A DNA stretch of 64,000 nucleotides, from the NCBI GenBank assembly GCA_963815115.1, contig CAWFFN010000005.1:800001-864000 (forward strand), written 5' to 3'. Position 1 is the first letter of the stretch. The number at the start of each line of letters is the position of its first letter. The translations under genes and the position numbers were made by a program. The notes beneath the pieces are model-generated. The model saw nothing but the letters and a program-made list of their open reading frames with translations, had not been told where the DNA came from and did not search any database. Positions 1-10,100 of this stretch are shown here, one piece after another. This DNA is from an uncultured delta proteobacterium. GTDB taxonomy: Bacteria > Desulfobacterota > Binatia > DP-6.

Positions 1-1
1 G

Positions 2-334
2 GCCGCTGCACAGCCAGACCTCGCCCACCAGTACGTTTTGTATTGTCACGGTATCGGTGCCGGTAATCGTCATTTCGAACGGCCCGCCGGCTGTCAGGCT
101 GTGCAGCGTGACCATCCATTTGCCATCTGCAGCGACGGCGGAAGCCCTTTGTCCTTGAAAGTCGACCGTTACCTTCTCACCGTTCGCCGCCCAGCCCCAC
201 ACCGGCGCCGGCATGTGCTGTTGCAGGACACAGCCGTCCGAAAACAGGGCCGCCGGTTTGACGGCAGGACGCGCCGGTGCGCTGACGGCGAAACAGAAGA
301 GCAGAGGGATGACAGAGCTGGCAATTGAACGCAT
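2..334 (-). CDS. sialate O-acetylesterase family protein, N-terminal part (runs off window start)
   Basis: Manual translation, not in the ORF track: MRSIASSVIPLLFCFAVS signal peptide, LFSDGCVLQQ..PVWGWA..GEKVTV..GGPFEM..NVLVGEVWLCSG, the typical SASA N-terminus. Confidence 0.85.
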   Translation of the reverse strand, partial: MRSIASSVIPLLFCFAVSAPARPAVKPAALFSDGCVLQQHMPAPVWGWAANGEKVTVDFQGQRASAVAADGKWMVTLHSLTAGGPFEMTITGTDTVTIQNVLVGEVWLCSG

Positions 335-700
335 GCGGAATTTCAGTGGGTTGGACGTTGATGACGGGAGTTCAGCTCCGTCAGGGAGCCAGGATGACCC
401 GGCCACTCTCCAAAACGCGCAGGCCAACCGCCAGTAGCGTCACGGGTCTTCTCGCGGACCCCGAAGCCGTTGGTCAATCTCGGCGTCACTACGGAGCTCC
501 GCAAAAACACCAACGTCGGGGAATTTCAAATAGACCTGGCCAGACGGCTGGGGACGTCGGAACGGTCTGGTGACAAGCTGGTCGACTTCGATCCCATCTG
601 GCGAGATCCTGTCGACGATCGATCGCCACGCGCCGCTGGTCGGTCGGCTGTGCGGGTGACGCGCCGGGACGCTCGAACCCGTCGGGCGCCCGCGCCGCGG

Positions 701-1996
701 CTAGGAAGACGTCGGCAGGGCGCGAATCGCCGCGCGCAGGGCCGTGAGCGGGGCACCGAGCGCCCCGCGCGTTTCGTCTGACAGCTCGTGTCGGGATCTC
801 TTCGAGCCGAGGAGCTTGCCGTATGCGGCGAGGTTCCTCTGCGCCGTCCGGAGCGCGGCTCGCGACGCGTGGCCGTGGCGCTGTCCGAGGACCTGCTCCG
901 CATGGGCGACCGCGGCGCTCGCGTGCTGGATTCGTAGCGTCAGCTTGGACGCCAGGGCTCCCGCGTTGCTCGCGGCGATCGCGGTGACGAGCTGATCGAG
1001 CCGACAGCGCGTGGACTCGTACGCCGGAAGTCCGTCGCATGCGTCCCCGGGCAACGTCGACGTCGTGGTCGCGCCGTCGATCGACCGGACGGTTGTCGTC
1101 GTGGTCGTGCTCGCTGGAAGTGTCGTCAGGGTAGAGGTGGTCGTCGAGCCGCTGCCCGGTAGGGTCGTGCTCGTGGTCGTCGAGGGCGGCGGAGTCTTGG
1201 GGAACGTGAACACCGGCATCCCCTGCGCATCGGTGATCGAGTACTGCAGTCCGGGGATGATCTGCCCGTGGTCGTCCAGCGGCTCGATGGCGAGGAGCTT
1301 GAGCGTGTCGCCGAAGTCGGCGACCGCCTCGGCGTCCCAGCCGGTGATGCCCTGCTGGTTGGCGAAGGCCGTGTCCGCACGCAGCTCGAGGGTCGTACAG
1401 CCTGCCGGGTCCCAGTGCGCGACCTCCACGGGTCCGCAGCTGTCGCCCGTGCACTGGATCAGCTGGCCGTTGAGCCTCGCGGTGCCGAAGGCCTGCGTGA
1501 GGATACGGTCGTCCGAACCGGCGTGCGACGCCGTGCCCGTGAGCCCGATGTGAAACTTGACGACGCTGGCGGGTGTCTGGAGAGAGCCCGATAGACCGCA
1601 CATCATCACCGACGCGTCCCCGTGGGCGAGGTACGAGACGCCCAGCTTCTGGGCGTCGTGTCGGGATTCCCTCGCGGACGCCCTCAGGGTCACGCCGTCA
1701 ATGGTGAGCGTCGCTTCCGCGAAGACGTTGGCGCAGAAGAAATCCGAGGTCCCGGGCGCCGGGCACAGCGCGCCGCCGAACGAGAAGTCGCCACTGGACG
1801 CCTGCTGCGGCGGTGTCGACCCCTGGTGCGGGATGCTCCTGTCGGAACCCGGGATGAGCCAGCCCGCCTCGGCGGAGTAGGTGATCGACGCCATCGCGCG
1901 CCGCACGCCGCCCAGCGAGGCGACGGCGACGATCAGCGCGGCGAGGCGACGGGCGAGACGAGCTCGTCGGCAGCCACGGGTCTCCCGAGCATTCAC
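701..1996 (-). CDS. secreted hypothetical protein with Thr-rich linker and helical C-terminal domain
   Basis: GTG start after GGGGAG; basic then hydrophobic signal (RRLAALIVAVASLGG); PPPSTTTSTTLP..TTTTT linker. Confidence 0.7.
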   Translation of the reverse strand: MNARETRGCRRARLARRLAALIVAVASLGGVRRAMASITYSAEAGWLIPGSDRSIPHQGSTPPQQASSGDFSFGGALCPAPGTSDFFCANVFAEATLTIDGVTLRASARESRHDAQKLGVSYLAHGDASVMMCGLSGSLQTPASVVKFHIGLTGTASHAGSDDRILTQAFGTARLNGQLIQCTGDSCGPVEVAHWDPAGCTTLELRADTAFANQQGITGWDAEAVADFGDTLKLLAIEPLDDHGQIIPGLQYSITDAQGMPVFTFPKTPPPSTTTSTTLPGSGSTTTSTLTTLPASTTTTTTVRSIDGATTTSTLPGDACDGLPAYESTRCRLDQLVTAIAASNAGALASKLTLRIQHASAAVAHAEQVLGQRHGHASRAALRTAQRNLAAYGKLLGSKRSRHELSDETRGALGAPLTALRAAIRALPTSS

Positions 1997-2430
1997 GCTC
2001 CCCGCGATAGCACGCGAGGCAACGCGACGTCCATGGAAACGAGCGCTCGCCGCGACCCCGGACCGCGATCCGCCAGCTCCGCGGTCCACCCCGCAGCTGC
2101 TGCGCCACGACGTCCTTGTGCAAACGTCCAGTCCGAGCAGCCGCGCGGAGCTCGCTCTCGTGCGGGCGGCAATCGCGCCTCGCATGGCTCGCCGGTGGGA
2201 ACGCGCGGTGTCGCGCAATCGACGAGGGGCTCACCTCGTACGGGTGTTCCGCAGATTCTCACGCCGCGGGTGGAGAGGCGGGTTCATGGCCCGACGATTC
2301 TTTCAGCAGGCAACCGGATCACCCGCGACGCCCCTGGGGTTGGCGGGCGGCAGCTGCGGCGGTGCCCAACCCGACCAGCGAGTGGTGTCGACCCGGGAGT
2401 CGTGTATCGGTGAGCGGGAGGAGTCGAGCC

Positions 2431-3336
2431 ATGCAGAACCTCGATGGAAAGGTCGCCGTGGTCACCGGCGCCGCGAGCGGGATCGGGCGCGGCATGTGCG
2501 AGGCGTTCGTCGGCGCCGGCATGCGCGTGGTGCTGGCCGACGTCGAGGAGCAGGCGCTCGAGCGCAGCACCCGGGCGCTGCGGGAAGCCGGTGCGGACGC
2601 GCACGCGGTGGTGACGGACGTCTCGAAACCGGAGCAGGTCGAGGCGCTCGCGGCCGAGACGCTGCGTCGCTACGGCGCCGTGCATGTCGTCTGCAACAAC
2701 GCCGGCGTCGCCACCGAAACCATACCGGGCTGGAGCGGGACGCTGGACGATTGGGGCTGGGTCCTGGGCGTGAACCTGATGGGTGTCATCCATGGCGTGC
2801 GCACCTTCCTGCCGATCCTGATCAACCAGGGGGCCGGCGGGCACATCGTCAACACCGCATCGCTGGCGGGGCTGGTGACCGGCGGGAACATCCCCTACGC
2901 CGTGACGAAGTTCGGCGTGGTGGCGCTATCCGAAGGGGTGTACCTCGAGCTGAAGCAGCGCGGCTACCGCCCCAGCATCTCGGTGCTCTGTCCCGGGTTC
3001 GTGAACACGAACATTCTCGACTGTGCCCGCAATCGACCCCCGGAGCTGGCCGCGACGGGGACGCCGATGACCGGGCCCGTCGCAGACGCCTTCCGGGAGT
3101 GGTTCGCGGAGCAGTTGCAGCAGGGCCTCGATCCACGCCGGGTCGGCGATCAGGTGCTGGCGGCCATCCGTGACGATCGCTTCTACATCCTGACCCACCC
3201 GGAGTGGAACCCGATCATCGAGCACCGGATGCGGGCGATCCTCGCCGGTGACAACCCGAGCCAGCTCCCGCCACCCGGATTCGAGTCGCTGATGCAGAAG
3301 CTTGCGGCGCTCGCCGAAGGCCAGGGTTCGAGCTAG
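2431..3336 (+). CDS. SDR family NAD(P)-dependent oxidoreductase
   Basis: VTGAASGIG, NNAGV, YAVTK (YxxxK); GGAGGAG RBS. Confidence 0.93.
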   Translation: MQNLDGKVAVVTGAASGIGRGMCEAFVGAGMRVVLADVEEQALERSTRALREAGADAHAVVTDVSKPEQVEALAAETLRRYGAVHVVCNNAGVATETIPGWSGTLDDWGWVLGVNLMGVIHGVRTFLPILINQGAGGHIVNTASLAGLVTGGNIPYAVTKFGVVALSEGVYLELKQRGYRPSISVLCPGFVNTNILDCARNRPPELAATGTPMTGPVADAFREWFAEQLQQGLDPRRVGDQVLAAIRDDRFYILTHPEWNPIIEHRMRAILAGDNPSQLPPPGFESLMQKLAALAEGQGSS

Positions 3337-3380
3337 CGCCGCGCACGGAGCGAGTTGCTTGGTAGGCGCCGTATGAGTGG

Positions 3381-3685
3381 CTACCACCCGTAGCCCGCAG
3401 CGTACGTGAGGGCGGCGAGGCTCGCCTGTCCTGTGACGTTCGGATGGATGTAGTCGGCGGTCGAGATCTCGCTCGGCACCCATTGGTGATCGAAGGTCGC
3501 GTCGTTGTCGAACTTGCAATTTCTGAACGAGGCACACACCGTCGCGAGTGCGCTGTTGAAATCGATGATTCGCTGCCGAACGCGAGCGCCGGTCGATATC
3601 TGCCTGTGCGGTGGACGTCGGGTTCGCGAGGAGCGAATTGCAGATCGGGAACGATGCCCAGGCCGCGACCGCACTCGGGCGGGCC
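3381..3685 (-). pseudogene. C-terminal remnant of an SGNH/GDSL lipase with a frameshift near 3588
   Basis: ICNSLLANPTSTAQADIDRR in one frame continues as ARVRQRIIDFN..DYIHPNVTGQ (DxxHP) in another; no N-terminal GDS block upstream. Confidence 0.65.
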
Positions 3686-3853
3686 GTCGAGCGGTCGCTG
3701 GACGCACGGCCCCCGCCGCCGGCTTGGATCCTGCGGGCATTTCGAGAGCGCGCCAGGGCGCGCGCTGTGCAAGTTCTACAGCTTCCCTGAAAAAAGGAGC
3801 GTCCTTCATCGGAAGATGGCGGCTCTCCACGGGGCGCTGGCGGTGCAATGCCC

Positions 3854-3869
3854 TGGCACGCCAATTGTT
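3854..3869 (+). promoter_or_regulatory. sigma54-type -24/-12 promoter
   Basis: TGGCAC-GCCAA-TTGTT, 30 nt upstream of ATG 3900; -12 box deviates from TTGCW. Confidence 0.5.
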
Positions 3870-3899
3870 CTTCGAGGGTCCGGCGAAAGGAGGCTCAGC

Positions 3900-4394
3900 A
3901 TGAAACGAAAGGGCTCATTCGGATCACTCGCGGTGCTCGGGGGCTTGCTTCTCGGGTTCGGCGTGCAACACGCCGCAGCATCTGACGATTGCACCTACCA
4001 GGGGACGAAGTTCTCCGAGGGCGCGGCATCGTGCCAGGCGGGCATGCAGTTCCGGTGCGACGACGGCAGCTGGAAGGCTGCCGGCATCGCCTGCAGCGAC
4101 AACCCGGCCACGAGTCCGGTCGCGTCACGCGCCTGCCAGTTCGCCGGCGTCACGTATCCGAACGGCACGGCGAGCTGTCAGGGAGGCAATCAGTTCCGCT
4201 GCGACGACGGCGCCTGGGCGAGCCTCAGTACGGCATGTCCGGTAGGCGACTCGCCGGTGCGGGTCGTGCCCCAGGGGCGCGGCTGCCTCTTCAACGATGC
4301 GCCGGTCGCCCACAACCATGCGATCTGCAAGCAGGGCACGACGTATCTGTGCAGCGACGGCGACTGGGTTATCCTCGGCACGAAGTGCCGCTAG
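3900..4394 (+). CDS. secreted protein with three 4-Cys repeats (DUF1496-like)
   Basis: AAGGAGG RBS, signal peptide, three C-x-[YF]..C-[QK]..C-x-DG-x-W..C units. Confidence 0.75.
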   Translation: MKRKGSFGSLAVLGGLLLGFGVQHAAASDDCTYQGTKFSEGAASCQAGMQFRCDDGSWKAAGIACSDNPATSPVASRACQFAGVTYPNGTASCQGGNQFRCDDGAWASLSTACPVGDSPVRVVPQGRGCLFNDAPVAHNHAICKQGTTYLCSDGDWVILGTKCR

Positions 4395-4751
4395 TCGCGC
4401 GCATCGGACGCGGGACCAGCGGCCAGGAAGCCGCCGACGGGATCGCCTTCGATCTCGCCCGTCGTCGGTGCGGACTCCGCGCCCCGCCCGTCAGCGGCGG
4501 GACGCGGAGTTTCCCGTCCCGGGCCTGGCTCCGCCGCCGCGACCGATGACGCGTCGTCGAGCCGGTGCCACAATGCTGCGATGCGACGGCAAGTGGCGTC
4601 ATGCGCCGGCCGAGGTCGCCCGCGACTTCCGGCGACAGCGTGCTCCGCCTCAACGCCGCGAGCTGCGACGCGGTGCTCGATGGTGCCGCACCGTCGCCGC
4701 GCGCGTCGCGGCAGTGCGCGGGACGATCCGATCGCGTAGGATCGGGCTCGC

Positions 4752-5102
4752 ATGACCGTCCCGATCGCCCGCACCGACGAGCTGTCGCCTGGCCGGAGCA
4801 AAAAGTTCCTGCTCACGGTCGAGGGGACGGAGGTCGAAGGGTTCCTGCTCAACGTGGGCGGCGCGTTCCACGCCTACGTGAACCGCTGCCGGCACGTTCC
4901 CATGGGACTCGACTGGGTCGAGAACCAGTTCTTCACCGAGGACGGGCAGTACGTGCAGTGCGCCACCCACGGCGCCTACTACGTGCCGGAGACCGGCGAG
5001 TGCATCGCCGGACCGCCGTGCGGCAAGTCGCTGACCCGCGTCCCGCTGCGGATCGAGCACGGGACGATCTTCGCCGACGATCCCGGGCCGCTGCCCGACT
5101 AA
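4752..5102 (+). CDS. Rieske [2Fe-2S] ferredoxin
   Basis: CRH..CATH Rieske ligands, GECIAGP. Confidence 0.9.
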   Translation: MTVPIARTDELSPGRSKKFLLTVEGTEVEGFLLNVGGAFHAYVNRCRHVPMGLDWVENQFFTEDGQYVQCATHGAYYVPETGECIAGPPCGKSLTRVPLRIEHGTIFADDPGPLPD

Positions 5103-5455
5103 GCCCGCTGCCGGAACCGCGCGAGCCCGAACCAGGTCTGCATCTGACGCTGGGCTCGCGCCCGGTGCTCCGGCTTGATGTGCATCGCCACGCAGGCCGT
5201 GGCGGCGACGAACGTGCCGAGATCGTCCGCGAAGCCCACGACCGGGGTGAAGTCGGGGATGAGGTCGGTCGGGAGGATGAAGTAGCCGAGCGCTCCGGCG
5301 ATGATCGCGCGCGCCCAGCGCGGCGTGTCGGGGTCGCGCAGGCAGTGGTAGAGCGTGATCGCTTCCTCGATCACCTCGCCGCCGGCGCGCCGGGCGAAGC
5401 GGCGCACCGTGTCCCAGAAGCGGGAATCACTGAAGTGGCTGGCATGGTCGGACAT
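5099..5455 (-). CDS. YkvA/DUF1232 family membrane protein
   Basis: ALGYFILPTDLIPDFTPVVGFADD motif. Confidence 0.9.
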   Translation of the reverse strand: MSDHASHFSDSRFWDTVRRFARRAGGEVIEEAITLYHCLRDPDTPRWARAIIAGALGYFILPTDLIPDFTPVVGFADDLGTFVAATACVAMHIKPEHRARAQRQMQTWFGLARFRQRA

Positions 5456-5485
5456 GCGGGCTCCTCATAGCACGAATGGATGCGC

Positions 5486-5875
5486 TCAGCGCGGGGGACA
5501 GAGGTCGAGGGTCAGGATGAACAGATCGCTCGAGCCGGGACGATGCTCTGCCAGGATGGTCACGGTCTGATCGGGACGCGCGGCGGCGTAGCGTACCAGG
5601 AGATCGCGCGATCCCTGCAGGACGAAGCGGGTGCCCGGCTGCGGGTCGGTCGGCGGGACGTCGGCGAAGCCGAAGGTCCGAACGTCCGAGGCCGCGAAGG
5701 CGTGCTCGGTCCCGAGCGCGACGAGGACGAGCGGCGTGGCGGTTGCCGGCGGCGTCACCGTGCCGGGATGTCCCTGGAGACGCAGCAGCGCGCGGGGATT
5801 CGTGCGCGGCGGCGGATGCGCCGCCGCGACGCCGAACAGGAGGACGCTGCACGCGATGGCCAGTCCGGTACGCAT
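5486..5875 (-). CDS. secreted hypothetical protein
   Basis: Signal peptide; start overlaps the upstream stop (TGATG). Confidence 0.65.
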   Translation of the reverse strand: MRTGLAIACSVLLFGVAAAHPPPRTNPRALLRLQGHPGTVTPPATATPLVLVALGTEHAFAASDVRTFGFADVPPTDPQPGTRFVLQGSRDLLVRYAAARPDQTVTILAEHRPGSSDLFILTLDLCPPR

Positions 5876-7122
5876 CAGTGCAACAACTTCGGCGCTCCCT
5901 CGGTGACCAGCCGGCGAATGTCGGGGTCGGGATGCGACGCGCGGATCCGCTGCATCAGGGGATCGTCGCGCGAGATGCCGGTGACGAGCAGGAGGGTGAC
6001 GGCGTAGCGCTGCACTTCCGGATCGGGATCGAAGGCAAGGCGCGTCAGGCTCTCCTGCGCCGTCCGCCCGCCGACGCGGTTGATCGCGCGCCCCGCGGCC
6101 TGGCGTGTCGGCCAGTCGCTGCGGCGGAAGATCTCCTCGACGGACGGCAGGACGTCGGGGCGCTGCGTGGCGCCCAGGGCCTCGGTCGCCGCGGTCCGGA
6201 CGTCGCTGCTCCGATCATCGAGCGCGAGGCGCGTGACGCGCGACACGGCGTCCGGCTCGGCGGTCGCGAGCAACGCCCGGGCGGCGGCGGCGCGCACCGC
6301 CGGATCGCTGCTGGCGAGCGACGGGGCGACGTCCGCCGCGGTCGGCGGTGATCCCAGGCGCCGGAGCGCCGCCCACGACGCCTCCAGGACCGCAGCGTCG
6401 GGACCGGGGAGCGTGTGCAGCGCCGGCGCGAGGCCCGTGAGGCTCGCCGCACCGATCGACTCGACCAGCTGCACCCGCACCCAGGACGGCAGGTCGGTGC
6501 GCGCGAGCGCGGCCTCGAGCCGGCGGCGCTCGGCGTCGGTCAGCGTCGCGGCGAGATCGGGAACGCCGGGCAGGGCGGCTGCCCCGTCGGCGACCAGGCG
6601 TGGGTGGCGGCCGGCCAGCGTGTCGAAGACCAGCGCGCGACGCTGCGCCGCGCGCTGGACGCGGTCGGGCTCGGGCGCCGCGCTCGCCGCGACGAGGCGT
6701 GCCACGATGGCGGCAGCCTCGTCGGCTTCCGTCGCGGATCCGGCGATCACCCCGTGACGGCCGCCGGCCGGCTCGAAGTACTTCCCCGTCGGCAGCGCCC
6801 GGGCGAGCGATGAGCTGGGGGCGGCCGGCACGAGGAACAGCACGACGTGATCGCCGTCGCGCAGCAGGTCGGGTACCGACGGCAGGTCGTGATGCTCCAC
6901 CACGTTCACGTCGCCGACCGCGGTGCCCTTCAGCGCGCGCTCGGCACGCACGCGCGCGACCGTCAGCTGCCCGTCATCGTAGGAGGAGACCTGCGTCACC
7001 GCCCCGGCGATGACCAGGCGGGCGCGTGCCAGCTGCTGCGCGAGCGCAGGCGTCCGGTCCGTCGCGGCGTGCGCGACGGAGCCGGCTGCCACGAGCAGCG
7101 CGATGAGCCAGCGCAGCGTCAG
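5875..7122 (-). CDS. secreted HEAT-repeat protein
   Basis: Coding part is the last ~415 aa of ORF 5875..10833; signal LRWLIALLVAAGSVAHA; DPAVRAAAARAL and SSDVRTAATEALG repeats; probable CTG start in a CTGA overlap. Confidence 0.75.
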   Translation of the reverse strand: MTLRWLIALLVAAGSVAHAATDRTPALAQQLARARLVIAGAVTQVSSYDDGQLTVARVRAERALKGTAVGDVNVVEHHDLPSVPDLLRDGDHVVLFLVPAAPSSSLARALPTGKYFEPAGGRHGVIAGSATEADEAAAIVARLVAASAAPEPDRVQRAAQRRALVFDTLAGRHPRLVADGAAALPGVPDLAATLTDAERRRLEAALARTDLPSWVRVQLVESIGAASLTGLAPALHTLPGPDAAVLEASWAALRRLGSPPTAADVAPSLASSDPAVRAAAARALLATAEPDAVSRVTRLALDDRSSDVRTAATEALGATQRPDVLPSVEEIFRRSDWPTRQAAGRAINRVGGRTAQESLTRLAFDPDPEVQRYAVTLLLVTGISRDDPLMQRIRASHPDPDIRRLVTEGAPKLLH

Positions 7123-10100
7123 GGGACGATCTGGAGCCCCGGCGGCGTCCACCCGCCCCCGTCCACGTCGACGAAGAGCGGGTTGGTGAAGGCGAGCGCC
7201 GTCATGCCGTCCTCGCCGAGATTGCCGTCGGTCAGATCGGCGAGGGTCGGGTTGGTGGAGCTCTTCAGGCTGTCCGGGATCACCGGGAAGAGCGGCCTGG
7301 AGACGCCGTCGGTGCCCTTCACCATCACCACCACCCAGACGTCCTCGGCGAGGCCGGTCAGGCTGAGGGTGGTGGAGGCTTCCAGGCGCTGCGCGCCCGG
7401 GATGCCGCCGTTCACCGTCACGACGCTCGGGGTCACCGTCTGCACCTGGTCGGGCGTGATGGCGTACCGCTTCACCGACACGGGCCCGCCTCCCGACTGC
7501 TTGGTGCTCGACGACCGCGTCGTGGTGCTGTTGATGTAGTACTCGACGCGATCGAACTCCGCCCAGATCGGGCTCTGGATGTCGACGTGGATGTCGACGG
7601 CGCCGTCGGTGGTGGCGATGGTCGTCGGCAGGCCGAGTGCGTGCCCGCCGGTCTGGCCGGTGGAGGCCGCGGTGGTCGTCACGCGCACGATGGGTGCGTT
7701 GGTGCCGAAGGCGCGCCCGGCGTTCACGTTGTCGGACAGCGAGTCGGCGATGCCGGCGAGCGCGGCCGGGTCGTCGGTCGGTGACGCGACCATGGTGCGC
7801 GGGATCCCGGCCTGGCCGACGATCTTCACGTGGGTGTCGGAGTCGGCGACGCCGCTGCGCACGATGCCCTGGTTGATCAGGTTGAACCAGTCGCCCACGT
7901 TCTGTCCGAGGAAGTTGGTGTACACCTGGCCGCGATCGTCGCCGATCCACACCTCGAGCGCGCTGAAGCCCGGGTCGAAGTAGTTGGTGATCGCGGGGTT
8001 GAGCCGGCGCGCAGAGCCGGGCACGGCCGACTGCGGCGGGACCACGCCGGTGTCGATGGCCAGGCCGGAGTTGCCGTCCATGCCGAAGTGGCTGTGGATG
8101 TGGTTGATCTGGACGGTCCCGACCGCGGGATCGGCGAACGCGGCGGCAATGATCTGCCCGGGGGTCAAGCTGTAGTTCCCGAACGAGGGGAAGTCCTGCC
8201 CGGCTGGCGCCGCCCCGCCGTGGTCGACGCTGCCGCCGTTCACCAGGGACGGGTCGATGGTCACCGGCCAGGCGTTGAAATGGCCGTAGTCGAAGCTGGT
8301 GATCTCCGCACCCGGGACCGTCGAGATGAGGCTGCTCGCGCCCACCGCCGCGACGTCGGGGGTGTAGTCCGTCCGGAAGTCGTGGTCGGACGGCGTGAAG
8401 AAGTCGACCCCCTCGGCCAGCAGGGTGAGGACGCGGTCGTGGCGCGAGACCTCGCTGTCGGGGCTCTCGATGGAGTGGATGTGGAAATCGCTCGCCACGA
8501 AGCCGGTCGAGTCGACGACGCGTGCGATCTGGGCGTTCACCGTGGCGGTGCCGCCCGGCGTCAGCGTCACGTCCTGCGTGGCGATCGAGTACTCGGGCCC
8601 GCGCGACACCACGACCCGGTAGCTCCCGGGCTCGAGCGGCACGGGGCCGGTGGTGCCGTTCTCGTCGAAGAAGAGCGCCCGCGTGATGCCGAACGGCGTG
8701 TCCTCGGGCCCGAAGTCGTTGAAGATCCCGAGGTTCAGGCTGATCAGGTTGAGCACGTTCTGTGTGTTGCGCGGATCGGGGCTGGGATCGAAGCCGACGA
8801 TCGAGGCCTTGCCCGGGATCGGCGCGTTGGATTCGTCGACCAGATTGACGACGAGGGTGGCGGTGGCGGGCAGCGCGATGTCCTGCGTCGCCGTCGCGTA
8901 GGCTGCCACGGCGACCGTGTGCTCGGTCGGAGCGGAGGTTCCTCCTTCGTACGGCGATCCCTCCAGGTTGGCGGCGACCGAGTAGCTGCCGGGCGGAAGG
9001 GTGAGCGCGTAGTGACCGCTGGCGTCCGTGATCGCCTGCGAGACGACGTTGCGCGAGAGACCCGTGGGCGCACCGGAGGCCGGGCCGAGGACCGCGAGCT
9101 GGATGCCGGCCGCCGGGCTGCCGCCCGCCGTGACGGTGCCCTCGATCCGACCCGTCGCCATCAGGAGCGCCTGGTTGCGCGCGTCGAGCACCGACGACAC
9201 CGAGCCGTCGCCGACGATGAAGTAGCGCGTGAAGGTGACGGCGTCGCCGGGGCTGCCGTTCGCCTGCATCGTCCACGGCGGCGTTGCCGCACCGATCACG
9301 GCGAGGAGCACCTCGGTGTTGATGAAGGGGACGGCAACGCCCGAGGTGGAGAACGCGGACGACTGCGGGACCTCGTTCGTGTAGCCGTAGGACACGCCGG
9401 CGGCGTCGTGGACGCCGGCGTAGACGACGACGTTGCACGGATTTGCCGCTCCGACCGGGCACGTCAGCGTGACGGTCGGCCCGCCGAAGCCGTACGCACT
9501 CTGGAACTGCTGCACCTGACCCGATCCGTTCAGGAACTCCCCGAAGAAGATGCTGAGCGGGGCCGCGCCCGTGTTGTGCACCGTGGTCTCGACCCGCACC
9601 CAGTTGCGGCCGGGCTCGAGGATGTAGTCCGTCAGCACGTCGACCGGCAGATCGGTGTCGTTGGCGCCGGCGGGGAACGCCGTCGGCGGGAGGCCGAAGG
9701 CCGCCACCACCGTGCTGGGATTGAGGAAGTCGAGCAGGTCGTCGACGCCCGCGACGCGAATGACGGCGGCCTGCCCGTCGCTGCCGTCGTTGAGGACCTG
9801 GATCGAGGTGTAGTGGGCGGTGTTCTCGACGTTGATCGCGGTCGACCACTCCTCGAAGTTGTCGCGCTCGGGGTCGGGCGGTGTGCGCACGAGATCGGCG
9901 TCGATGATCTGACCGCCGAACTGCCCGATGCCGAAGAGGTTGCGCTGCAGGTCCTGGACGACGACGCGGATACGGTCGTTGGCCAGCAGGTAGTCGTTGG
10001 CCCGGCAGCGGCTGAGGGGGCCCTTCACGCAGTCGGCCGTGTTCGTGATCTGCTTGGCCTGCGCCGTCTTGCCTCCCGGCGCCGCGCCGTACTCGATGGT

